A stretch of 63,618 nucleotides of DNA, counting the filler, from Globobulimina sp. (Eukaryota): the NCBI GenBank assembly GCA_003354225.1. It is 26 parts of 26 records of this genome, joined end to end, with 100 filler letters (N's around TTAATTAATTAA, not from the genome) between each part and the next. Parts side by side here need not be neighbours in the genome. Positions count along the whole stretch, not along the records: positions 1 to 2,374 come from PIVH01007071.1; positions 2,475 to 4,848 come from PIVH01007072.1; positions 4,949 to 7,322 come from PIVH01007073.1; positions 7,423 to 9,796 come from PIVH01007074.1; positions 9,897 to 12,270 come from PIVH01007075.1; 21 more parts are not named here. One strand, 5' to 3'. The notes under the pieces are model-generated. The model saw only the letters and a program-made list of their open reading frames with translations. It did not search any database and was not told the DNA's origin. Shown in pieces: positions 1 through 10,353 of this stretch (positions within the stretch are counted from its first letter, which is position 1; each line of letters opens with the position of its first letter). The translations under genes were made by a program, and so were the position numbers.

Positions 1-2
1 GT

Positions 3-1676
3 CATCGCCAATAAAAACATACTCAAATAATAACAGAAGCCAATAATAAATGGAAATGAGGTGATTGCCAAATGAGGAGCAGTCATCATGACAATCAACG
101 GAAATATGACATTAATAATTCGAGATACAAAATATAACGGAGTGGAAATCCATAGCGTAAAATATAAAACTGCACCAAACACAAAACTGCAACATGTCTC
201 AATACTACTCCGATGCAGCACATTTCCGAAATTAAAGAGTTGGATATAATCCGCCATATACTGTACAATATCAATTATATCATACCTGCTTTGATTATGC
301 CCTCTGAAATAATGCGCAATTTGCTCATTGACAATCATCTCAAAAATAGCTTTATAACTGTCAGAAATATTTGTTTCTGAATAGTTATTAAAATCACCTG
401 TATGTATTTCATAACTCTCGTAATAATATGTATAAAATACATATTTATAAACATCATCCATCCATTGCATCAGTGGAACATCTTTGAATTTTTCAATGTA
501 AGAACATAAGTTAAAATTGACAGAAAATAGCCGAAGTACTTTATCCTGAGTGGTCTGCAGCGGATATCTGTGAGTTTTCGCATCTTTTTTCAACATCCAT
601 TCGATTATTCGCCGCCAGAAATTATTATTGCCATCCCAGTAAGAAAAGCGTTGGTTGAATAACCTATGAATGAGCAGCGAAAGCCAGCAAAAATTAAAAC
701 ATATTTCAAAGGGAACAGCGGCCAGCATTGCTGCACAAATTATTAACGCAAATACCAAAGGAATCTGCAATATAAATAGCAATGTATTGCCGTTACGATG
801 ACGGTTAAAAGCAAATGCCCGAAACACAAACAACCAGCTCAAAGCAAGAGAAAATGGCAAAGTGATTAACGCAAATTTTAAATAGAAAATATACACTATA
901 CCACCGATGATATGATGTGTGTGATGCAAAGATGTCGCACAAATGTAATATAAGCAAGACACCATCGCAAAACTACCAAATATATCAGTTATAATGCATA
1001 AGAAGCGAGCACCTAAAATGGAATAATGAATGTTATTGCTGGTTGCCAGCAAATTGAATATTTGACAGGATATACATAACAGAGACAATAATATGGATGC
1101 TGTGTACAATGGATTGTTAATTCCAAGATATGTGATATAAATGAATAGCAATACACATTGCGGCAAACTTTCAAACAGTTCATGAGCGGCAAAATCTGGC
1201 ATTGGATATCGAGGAGCACCAAAATCTTCGATATATACTCTTGCCAATATACTGACGTTCAAATATCCGAAATTCTTGGTGGCATTCGTGCTTCTTCGTT
1301 TTTTGAAGAAACGTTGGACAATGTCATGATATCTATGGAATAATTGAATTAATCGAAATCGCGAAAATGCACAATATTTGCTCTTGGAATTATTGATGAG
1401 GAAATAAAATGGATTCAAAGAACCAAAGGAACTCCATTTCAAAATAATTGAAGCCATATTCAACATAACAGATGCGACAATAAATGGTAATTCGGTGTGG
1501 TTTTGCCATCGCGATATGGAGACAACAGTAATCCATAAATGAACTATACAATCTAATGATTCTGCGATTTGTGTGAATACATTGAAAAGCCAATATGCGT
1601 TTGATGTTAAAGTGAAAGTACGCAATAATGCTTTGTCTTCTGGCGCATTTTTATTCGGTTTCACAACTGTCGACAT
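3..1676 (-). CDS. Multi-pass membrane protein, XK-related (Xkr)-like, 3'-truncated, >550 aa; absent from the ORF track
   Basis: Manual translation from ATG 1676 (MSTVVKPNKN...) stays open to the window edge. It has many hydrophobic helices and the segment LFESLPQCVLLF, which resembles the XK-family ExxPQ motif. Confidence 0.6.
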   Translation of the reverse strand, partial: MSTVVKPNKNAPEDKALLRTFTLTSNAYWLFNVFTQIAESLDCIVHLWITVVSISRWQNHTELPFIVASVMLNMASIILKWSSFGSLNPFYFLINNSKSKYCAFSRFRLIQLFHRYHDIVQRFFKKRRSTNATKNFGYLNVSILARVYIEDFGAPRYPMPDFAAHELFESLPQCVLLFIYITYLGINNPLYTASILLSLLCISCQIFNLLATSNNIHYSILGARFLCIITDIFGSFAMVSCLYYICATSLHHTHHIIGGIVYIFYLKFALITLPFSLALSWLFVFRAFAFNRHRNGNTLLFILQIPLVFALIICAAMLAAVPFEICFNFCWLSLLIHRLFNQRFSYWDGNNNFWRRIIEWMLKKDAKTHRYPLQTTQDKVLRLFSVNFNLCSYIEKFKDVPLMQWMDDVYKYVFYTYYYESYEIHTGDFNNYSETNISDSYKAIFEMIVNEQIAHYFRGHNQSRYDIIDIVQYMADYIQLFNFGNVLHRSSIETCCSFVFGAVLYFTLWISTPLYFVSRIINVIFPLIVMMTAPHLAITSFPFIIGFCYYLSMFLLAM

Positions 1677-1956
1677 GATGACCACTGTATTAACGTTTTC
1701 TGCTGACTAGCTTACTTCGTGAAAATCTTAAAATCAGTGTGATCACCTCAAGAACGACAGATTTTAATGGTTTTTGGAAACAATTATTGTATGGTATCTG
1801 TACTCTGACACAGACAGCACAGTGCAAAGATGCACGCCATCATTGAATGAAATCCTGAAACTAGCTACCAATCATAACTTGTTATTTTTATCAATTTAAT
1901 TATACCAAAGTTTAAACATAGAACGTACATAAAATCACTAAATAAGATCTTGGGTA

Positions 1957-2374
1957 TTAAGGGCCGGCTGTATTATGAACGGCTTCTTGTTTATTACCTT
2001 CCAGAGGACTGCCTGACGTTGGAGTCCTTGCATCATCATTTCCTTCCGGTTGCAAATACAAGTCTTCATCTTCATCATTTTCACTTTCGCTCTGCTTCTT
2101 CTTTACAGCAACATCACACACTTTGACGAGATTCGCCTGTTCTGGCTGTGTAATTAGTGTTTTTTTGAATGTTGCCACTGTCACCATCACATCATTTGGT
2201 GTCTCTGTCGTTGTTTTTTCTGTGTTAGCTATCTCCGCATCATCGGATATTACACTTTGCGTTGAGTGCAATCGTTCAATTTGTAGTGCCAATTTCCTCT
2301 TTCTTTTGTTATGAACAAAACAGCCTAAAATCAATAAAATCGCAGACTATAAAACAATAAATCCAATCAGCACA
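1957..2374 (-). CDS. C-terminal fragment of a single-pass membrane protein (TM, basic stop-transfer, acidic tail)
   Basis: Hydrophobic stretch at the contig edge followed by HNKRKRK and a low-complexity tail. Confidence 0.55.
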
Positions 2375-2474
2375 NNNNNNNNNNNNNNNNNNNNNNNNNN
2401 NNNNNNNNNNNNNNNNNNTTAATTAATTAANNNNNNNNNNNNNNNNNNNNNNNNNNNNNNNNNNNNNNNNNNNN
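2375..2474. other. Artificial contig-joining spacer N44-TTAATTAATTAA-N44 (first of 25; others start at 4849, 7323, 9797, 12271, 14745, 17219, 19693, 22166, 24639, 27112, 29585, 32057, 34529, 37001, 39473, 41945, 44417, 46889, 49360, 51831, 54302, 56773, 59244, 61715)
   Basis: Identical 100-nt block with stops in all six frames. The segments between blocks shrink monotonically from 2374 to 2371 bp, as expected for size-sorted contigs. Confidence 0.98.
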
Positions 2475-2476
2475 AT

Positions 2477-4848
2477 TCAAATCAAGAAACAACCAATGAC
2501 CCCACCGAACAAGCTACATTAATCCATCAACACATATGTAACCCGCCTAAACCTCCGTTTAATGCAAACCACACTAATTATCATCAAACAATTGACCATT
2601 CAGCTAATTTCATAATCAATGATGTACATAAAAACACTCCGAACCTCACAGACAATCCAGACGATGTACTAAACTCTGAGATCTATTTCTATGAAGTCAG
2701 AAACTGTGCTGCAGAGTTGGATACGGACAAAGCAATTGGCACCGATGATATTCATAATAAAATGTTGATCTTTGGGTTTGCCCCGTTATATAACATTTTG
2801 ACCCAGTTATTCAATCTTTGTTTGAAATACCATATCTTCCCGAAGATGTGGAATGAAGCCAACATTGTCCCCATCCCTAAGCCAGGAAAAGACCATAGAT
2901 ATTCAACCAACTACAGACCAATAGCTATCTCGTCGTGTCTAGGCAGAATGTTTGAACGTATTTTATCAAAACGATTACAATCTTTCTGTTTTATCAATAA
3001 TATTTTCAACAATAATCAATGTGGATTCCAAATAAATAGAGCTACAGAGGATATGCTCTCATATTTTTTGCAGGATGCATATGAATGTCTTGACCATACC
3101 AGTGATTTGGATGCGATCTTCACTGATTTCTCCAAAGCATATGACACGGTCTGGCACAATGGATTGATACACAAACTACAACACCTATATAATATCAATG
3201 GTAATATGTTGTCAATAATTATCGCTTTTCTCCATGGCAGATTCACCAGAGTTATTTTGAAAGGAGGCAATTCGAGCTGGCACCACCAAACAGTTGGACT
3301 GCCGCAAGGATCCTCCCTCTCCCCGATACTATATATCCTATATACAAATGATTATAAAATCCCCGCACAATATGCCAAATTCATCGATTCTGGATTATTT
3401 GCAGACGACACGATCTTCTGGACGGTTCCTGGTCCGAAAGACGTTATTCGCTATAAAATGCTCCAAACAGTAATCGATCATTTCGCAGACTGGTGCAAAT
3501 ATTGGCAACTGACCCTCAATCCAGATAAATGCTATACATTAAAGATAACCCGATCGAAAGAAAGGAAGTATGCGGTTGAAGTTCCATGTCATATATGTCA
3601 TTCATCACTGGAAAACCCAGGATGCTTCAACCATTCCGGACGAATCGATTTTGTGTCTTCGTATAGGGATTATTATATTGATAGAAAAAAATTGAAAAGG
3701 AAATACGAAATCAAATACCTTGGCCTATGGATAGATCAGGAATTGGATTTTCAATTCCATTTAAATAAAATTATAGCGAGGGTCCAGAAATTCTATCACC
3801 AAATTTCATATCTAATCCATACAGGAATCCCTCTGACACCTAAATCAATATCATTGTTATATAAATCGAAAGCGAGATCATCAATTGAGTATGCAGCGCC
3901 CTTTTATTATTACCGTGCTGGTACCAATTTGCAAATCTGGCAGAATAAATTTGCCAGACTTGCTGCTCCGTCAAAAACAACGACTCCCATCGACCAACTC
4001 CAACTCATATTGAAAATAGAGCCATTGATTGAAAGAGTGCAAAAAAGCCAATGCCGACTATGGCTACGTAGCGTATATTCAGATAAAAACCACCCATTAC
4101 AACAAACGAGATGTAAATTAAACACCCATATTACCAAAGTAAATAATAATACATTTATCAAACGGACTAAATACTACTTATATATTTCTCCATTATATCG
4201 AGCAATGTTAACCTTTGATAAATTCCTGGCCCGTTCCAAATACAAATTACCGAATAACCCGCGACGCAAACCAATTACAGCACTGCCAACATACAACATT
4301 CCAAAAATGCCCACAAATTATAATGTAATTACAGCTGAATCAGATCCAATGAATTTCACTGAAATGTTTCAATTTTATACCGATGGCTCCTGCCACCCGA
4401 ACCCTGGGGTTGGCGCGTTCGGATGGTATTCCCCGTATATCCGCCCACCGAACATAAACCATGAAGTAAGAACAATTACTTATTTAACAAATTCGGCTAA
4501 ATGTGAATTAAAAGCATTGGTACTCTTAATTGAACATTTAATAAAAATCAATCTTGACTCGAACCATTATAATCATTTTGGAATATTCGTGGACAATTTA
4601 ACGGCGTTGAAATACCTCAAATTCTCCGCATACCCGAAATATCAAGATACCAAAATAATAATTGATCAAATATTTCAGGGCTTGGCAACGCTACAGAACA
4701 AATGGGACAATAAACGGTTTACATTTCTAAAAATAAAGGCCCATGAAGATTTCTTCGGTAATAATCAAATTGATAAATTTGTCCATGATGCTGTAATGGA
4801 TTTGGAATTAGACCAATCCCTGGCCCATGAAACGGAATATCCAATGGC
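2477..4848 (+). mobile_element. Non-LTR retrotransposon ORF2 fragment: reverse transcriptase + RNase H (I/Ingi/Tad-like architecture), uninterrupted frame
   Basis: RT motifs KAIGTDDI, PIPKPGK..YRPIA, QCGF, DFSKAYDTV, GLPQGSSLSP, FADD, KYLGL; RNase H motifs YTDGS, CELKAL, VDN, KIKAH, NNQID. Confidence 0.93.
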
Positions 4849-4948
4849 NNNNNNNNNNNNNNNNNNNNNNNNNNNNNNNNNNNNNNNNNNNNTTAATTAA
4901 TTAANNNNNNNNNNNNNNNNNNNNNNNNNNNNNNNNNNNNNNNNNNNN

Positions 4949-6148
4949 AAACAATTAAACAAAGATTACATAAATGATATGATGGTTAACAATTATCGTG
5001 AGCTATTTTATAATTTCAACAAAAACAAAGTTGATAATTATTGTAACATTTGCAATCGAAGTATAAACACCCCAATTGAACATCATACGATCATTGATTG
5101 TCAGGCCCTAGACAACTTCAGAATGACATATTGGAATATGGCAAGATTCAATTTTGCAAAAATTGGTTCAAAATATAACACTGTTCACCAACAATTATTT
5201 ATGCAATATGTAATATATATTTGCCGCAACATTAACCTCTATAAAAATGAATTTTGGAAATTAATTTGTGGTGCAAATAGGTATGAAAAAAAGAAAGCAA
5301 CATTCGTCTTCAAAAGAATTAAATTTGATATTAATTTAGAAAGATATGAATTCATCAGAGACTTCACAGCACAAGCCATAAGATGGATCCATTTTGTGAA
5401 TAGAATAAAAAATAAAGAAATTTCAATAGACTATCTCCTTAGACAACACAACACAATTCCAACAAGCAGTTTAATGTTTCATATCAGATGTGACACTCTT
5501 AGAAACTATATAATACATGAAGATAAGCTCAGAAATACCGACATAATAATTGCAACTGACTCCTCACACGAAAAAAGAACAAGCCTTACTGGAATTGGTA
5601 TATTCATTAAAGATCATAACAAATTTCATCGTTATGCCGAACCAATTGGAAGTGTTGAAAATAATTATGGCGAATTATTTGCAATTGGAAAATCAGAACA
5701 TTTATTAAAAGTTTGTAAAATAAATACAAATAATAGAAGAATAATTTGCATGACTGATTCCCTTTGTGCATTCTGCCCCTTAATTACACCACCTAAAAAT
5801 ATCAATAAACAAATAACTTATCCAAGTCTATTCAAAAAAACACAAAAATACCTCAAAAACCTCAATGTAATTCTATGGAAAATTAAATCTCACACAGACA
5901 AAATTAACCTTTTACAGAATAGATACGATGGTAAATTAGAAGTCCAACCTTACAATGGAGAAGCAGACAGACTTGCAGACAAAGGTAGACTTCATCCCAA
6001 AAACAAACCGGGCCTCCCTATAAGTTCTAACTCTATTAATAACCCTTATTATTACACTGCAACCAAGTGCCTTAATGGCGCTAACAATTTTCACATCGTC
6101 CGGCAGTTTTGGCTACGGAGGATTTCTGAGTCTGCCTGGCCAGACTGA
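4949..6148 (+). mobile_element. 3' part of a retroelement ORF: CxxC...H...C zinc finger followed by C-terminal RNase H
   Basis: CNIC..EHHTIIDC; RNase H motifs IATDSS, NNYGELFAI, TDS, KIKSH, NGEADRLA. The frame is open from the contig start. Confidence 0.8.
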
Positions 6149-6252
6149 ACTCTGGAACACACAATTGCTACTATTTTGACAGATATAGGCTTTCCTATCC
6201 TGTACATGTGGTGTATGAGTACTTTAACATTGTCAAAAACACAATGTATTGA

Positions 6253-7152
6253 TCAGTAAAAAATTGATTTAAACATACTGCCAATTACATTTATGAAAGA
6301 AAATACGAAATGAATATCATTTGACGGATATTGGAGTTTATTGTTGAGAATTATTTTCGTTTCATTGTCTAATTTGTTTGGATACAGTTGAGGATAACAT
6401 GGAGAATGCAGCGATTGGCCATCTTTTAAATTATGTTTGCAAACATTTTTTTTTGCAATTATCTCATTTTTGAATGTTTTATTAAAATATGCATTCTCGC
6501 CATCAATAAACCTTGCAACATATGCAAATCTCATCAAATTTTTATTCTTTAATGGTTGAGACTTATGAATTGTAAATTTATCAAATAACAAAATATCCCC
6601 AATGTTAAAATATTCAATTAATACAATATTTGATGTATTAATATTATCATTTATATTGTTTATAAATTTATTGATTTTATTTGAATTATTAACAATAAAT
6701 AGTGAGCCACCATTTTTCTTTGAATCAATATTAATTAAAGGCAGCCAAAGAGATATCGCATTTGAACCAATATCAATCATATTAAACGATTGAATATCTT
6801 GATGAAATTCACCTAATCGTAATGGTTTTAATTTTATTCCAATCAAAATGTCTGTTAATAATCGGATTGATTTATTTTGATTATTCTCATCCATTATTGG
6901 TGCAATATAATATTTAATTAACGGTGTAAAATACCAAAAATCACGATATTCATCAATGTGAGACCATAAACAATCAAACATAAAATGATTATTGGTCAGT
7001 GATAATATTAATTCTTCAACAAAATACAAATATTTACCTAACGAATGTAATGGTTTTTTAAAATATAACGTTTCAATTATTTTTATTGGGATTGCATTAC
7101 GAATTATCAAATATCCATCACGTTTGTATTGCAAAACTTCTTCATCTGTCAA
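6253..7152 (-). CDS. Phytanoyl-CoA dioxygenase (PhyH)-family 2OG/Fe(II) oxygenase, lacking an ATG start
   Basis: LTDEEV.QYKRDGYLII, FHQD, SLWLPL..NGGSL, GDILLFD..TIHKS..N...R. Confidence 0.85.
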   Translation of the reverse strand: MTDEEVLQYKRDGYLIIRNAIPIKIIETLYFKKPLHSLGKYLYFVEELILSLTNNHFMFDCLWSHIDEYRDFWYFTPLIKYYIAPIMDENNQNKSIRLLTDILIGIKLKPLRLGEFHQDIQSFNMIDIGSNAISLWLPLINIDSKKNGGSLFIVNNSNKINKFINNINDNINTSNIVLIEYFNIGDILLFDKFTIHKSQPLKNKNLMRFAYVARFIDGENAYFNKTFKNEIIAKKNVCKHNLKDGQSLHSPCYPQLYPNKLDNETKIILNNKLQYPSNDIHFVFSFINVIGSMFKSIFY

Positions 7153-7203
7153 TCAACATTATAAACCATTCAACATTATAAACCATTCCAAACATTTGAA
7201 ACC

Positions 7204-7322
7204 AAACAATTAAACAAAGATTACATAAATGATATGATGGTTAACAATTATCGTGAGCTATTTTATAATTTCAACAAAAACAAAGTTGATAATTATTGTA
7301 ACATTTGCAATCGAAGTATAAA
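7204..7322 (+). repeat. 119-bp exact direct repeat of the contig start (4949-5067)
   Basis: Base-by-base identity, AAACAATTAAACAAAG...CGAAGTATAAA. Confidence 0.95.
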
Positions 7323-7422
7323 NNNNNNNNNNNNNNNNNNNNNNNNNNNNNNNNNNNNNNNNNNNNTTAATTAATTAANNNNNNNNNNNNNNNNNNNNNN
7401 NNNNNNNNNNNNNNNNNNNNNN

Positions 7423-7845
7423 GCGAAATATCGGGATGTAAAGAAGTATATTCCACCGCAGTATGCATTGGATAGCAAAATGTATAAATATCCGCCAAAG
7501 TTAGTAATCAGGGCATGTTTAGAGGGAGCAGCGAAAGTTGGTATTATTACGTTATACGATATAAAACACGATGGACATAATACACATTGGTCGTGTAAAG
7601 TGAGTTTTAAATTGTTATTTGCGGTGTGGAATAGTTCAACACCACCGCAAAGACGAAATATGTTTGCATTTATTTATGCAAATTCAACGAAAAATGGTGG
7701 ATTTGTGCGATGGGAGGAATATCTCAAACGTGGCAAAGAAGCCAAAGTTTGCAGTATCTTTTTGGAAGCACATGAACCTGATTATAGCGCGGCATTGGTT
7801 GATGATGGAAGACATTTTTTAGATGATCATAATTATATTTATTGA
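7423..7845 (+). CDS. Hypothetical protein, 5'-truncated
   Basis: Open frame from the contig edge to a stop; no recognisable motif. Confidence 0.45.
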   Translation, partial: AKYRDVKKYIPPQYALDSKMYKYPPKLVIRACLEGAAKVGIITLYDIKHDGHNTHWSCKVSFKLLFAVWNSSTPPQRRNMFAFIYANSTKNGGFVRWEEYLKRGKEAKVCSIFLEAHEPDYSAALVDDGRHFLDDHNYIY

Positions 7846-7919
7846 TGACTGCTTGCTTTTGCTTTGAGTTTTGTATTTGTTTTTGTTTTTGGTTTTGGTT
7901 TTTGTAGCAACTAACTTAA

Positions 7920-8022
7920 TTTTTGAGAAATTTGACAAATTTGAGAAATTTGATACAATTTGAGAAATTTGAATACAATTTGGAAATTTGAATAATTTCT
8001 CAAATCGCAGATTTGAGAAATT
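7920..8022 (+). repeat. Degenerate 9-10 bp tandem repeat (TTTGAGAAA-like)
   Basis: tttgagaaa tttgacaaa tttgagaaa tttgatacaa tttgagaaa... Confidence 0.75.
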
Positions 8023-8023
8023 C

Positions 8024-8740
8024 ATGGTAGATTTAACAGATTTAAATCGATATCAAATTTGTCAAATCTGGGAAAAGCCCTTAAATATTGATTTATTTTC
8101 CAAACAGCCTTCTGTTTTAACATTTTTTGCTGATAATTTGTCGTTTATAGCTGCTGATATCAAAGAGATTGCATTTTCTTGCATTTTATTAACCATTAAA
8201 TTTAAGGCAAGTTTCCAATTGCCACATTTGAAAGAAAGTTTAATTATTTTGTATCCTGCACTAATTAAAGAAATGTTGGATAATTCCTGTGATTGTACTA
8301 TGATTCGACAAATATTGGATTGTTTTTATCTATGTTTCGCTGGGAATTCAGCAATAACATATATAGTCAATCACGGTCTTATTGAGGTGTTATGCTTAGT
8401 TTTGGCTAATAAAAGCAAATCGAAATTACATAAAAATGTGATTTCTTTAGTTTTAGATTTATTGGAATTTGGGGAAACACATACAATTTATGGAGACAAT
8501 AAGTTTGCTTTATATTTGAAAGCAGCAACTATTTCGAGTTCGAAATTTATTTTGGAAATGAAAGAGATAAATAACTATGTTAAGTCAGTGAAACATAATA
8601 ATTTGAATGGCAGGGAATGCGCGTGGTGTCACACTGAAGCTATCTTAAAGCGTTGTAGTAGATGTCAAAAGTATTGGTATTGTAGTAAATCACACCAAAA
8701 ATTGCATTGGAATAATATTCATCGATATCATTGTGTTTAG
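8024..8740 (+). CDS. MYND zinc-finger protein with helical (ARM-like) N-terminus
   Basis: C-terminal CAWC...RCSRC...YCSKSHQKLHW..HRYHC matches the MYND pattern. Confidence 0.85.
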   Translation: MVDLTDLNRYQICQIWEKPLNIDLFSKQPSVLTFFADNLSFIAADIKEIAFSCILLTIKFKASFQLPHLKESLIILYPALIKEMLDNSCDCTMIRQILDCFYLCFAGNSAITYIVNHGLIEVLCLVLANKSKSKLHKNVISLVLDLLEFGETHTIYGDNKFALYLKAATISSSKFILEMKEINNYVKSVKHNNLNGRECAWCHTEAILKRCSRCQKYWYCSKSHQKLHWNNIHRYHCV

Positions 8741-8802
8741 AATTTTAGCCAACTGTATAGTAAGTTTGACGTAGTTATCCTTGCACATAAAATCTTGTCA
8801 AG

Positions 8803-9507
8803 TCAATCGAAATCATACAGAACAGACAAGGCAGCCATAGCATCATCATCCCATGGTTTAATCCCTTGACATAACAATTCGTCACACATATGCTGTGGAA
8901 TTCCATTATATCCGTATTCGATTTCATCACAATAGATTTCACTTTCATCATCTTCATCTTCGTCAGTCCAAACATTTGAATTTTCAATTGCATGATCACT
9001 TTTATTATAATTATATTGTGTTTTTAATTGCAATGGACATTGCATGATCCAATGATGTCCCTGCTTTTGACACTTAAAACAGATATACTTGTTTGGAACC
9101 GGAGCATGTTGTTCATGTTCATTGACATGCATCTTATAACAATGTTTTTTCTCTTCATACCATGAACCTGACCAAAATCCACGGCAAATCTCGGTCCAAC
9201 GGTGATCCAGACACCATCCAATATCTTTAATTTCAGAGTCACCATCAGGTCGAAGAAAAATTACATACAAAGTAACGTGCAGTGCCTTTAATTTATTATT
9301 TTTTCTTTGGTCTTTAATAATAGTGAAACGAACACTAGCTCCTGGCTGTAAATATTGTAATATGTCCGTTTCATGTTCCTCTAATATCGATATGTCCGAT
9401 TGATGGAAGAAAATATCTTTATTATTTTTACCCAATATAAATCCATATCTTTTTGTTACATCAAACCATTTTATAGTTCCGGTTTGTTTATTCCAATCCT
9501 TTGCCAT
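8803..9507 (-). CDS. Cold-shock domain + zinc-knuckle RNA-binding protein
   Basis: GTIKWFD..KRYGFI...DIFFHQSDI (CSD RNP1/RNP2); YICFKCQKQGHHWIMQCP knuckle. Confidence 0.85.
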   Translation of the reverse strand: MAKDWNKQTGTIKWFDVTKRYGFILGKNNKDIFFHQSDISILEEHETDILQYLQPGASVRFTIIKDQRKNNKLKALHVTLYVIFLRPDGDSEIKDIGWCLDHRWTEICRGFWSGSWYEEKKHCYKMHVNEHEQHAPVPNKYICFKCQKQGHHWIMQCPLQLKTQYNYNKSDHAIENSNVWTDEDEDDESEIYCDEIEYGYNGIPQHMCDELLCQGIKPWDDDAMAALSVLYDFD

Positions 9508-10353
9508 GCTGTTCTAAAGTTTTCTGCTGTGGTTATGTCAAAGTAGAGCTTTTGCTTATTTTTAATTGAACATTCATCAAAAACATAAATATCGGTTTTG
9601 CAAAAAGCAACATTTATTAATACGACAATGCCAGTTTACTACAACACATATATAAAAATATAGCTTTACTGTTTGCAAAAACACATATTAATTCCAGATA
9701 GATTTAAAACAGTATATAATCTCTTTGTAGGTTTCTTTTAAAATCTTAATATTGCCAAAAGGATTTTTGTTGAGTTTTTTGGTTCCTTTTTGAACANNNN
9801 NNNNNNNNNNNNNNNNNNNNNNNNNNNNNNNNNNNNNNNNTTAATTAATTAANNNNNNNNNNNNNNNNNNNNNNNNNNNNNNNNNNNNNNNNNNNNAAAT
9901 TAATTGTTATATAAAAAGTTTTGACTTAATTATTTCCCTGCTTTGTTTCCTCTTTACTAATACATTTTGGTATGGACAAATCGCTGCAAAACACTTGAAT
10001 TTTCAAATCAATTCAAATTATTCCACTGTGTGCTATATACGCAGCAATAAAATATCAACACAAAATACACAAATATAATACACGCAAAAAAAGAAAAAAA
10101 AAAGCAATCAACAAAAAGCCTGCTAGTTTATTTAAACAAAACAGTGAAACAACAAAATTCAGACAAAATATATTTCATAAACCGCTGCAAAAGTACGCAA
10201 ATGCCATATGTGCATTGATTAACATTGACCCTATATCGGTCTGCTGGAACCAAGACATATTAGCATTCCACAAAAGAAAAACACAGCAAAACAAATCAGA
10301 GATATATATTTCAAAAAATACAAAACTTGTCATGCAAGAATACAAGTTTCATG

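Noticed and set aside
2477-6148. One retrotransposon with two RNase H domains (RT-RNH-ZnF-RNH)
   Set aside because: The two parts lie on different contigs that are adjacent only through size sorting.
9251-9268. 18-nt GTATGT...TTCG in-frame segment in the CSD gene as a tiny non-canonical intron (removal gives VTLPDG)
   Set aside because: No AG acceptor, and the frame is open without splicing; cannot be supported without transcripts.
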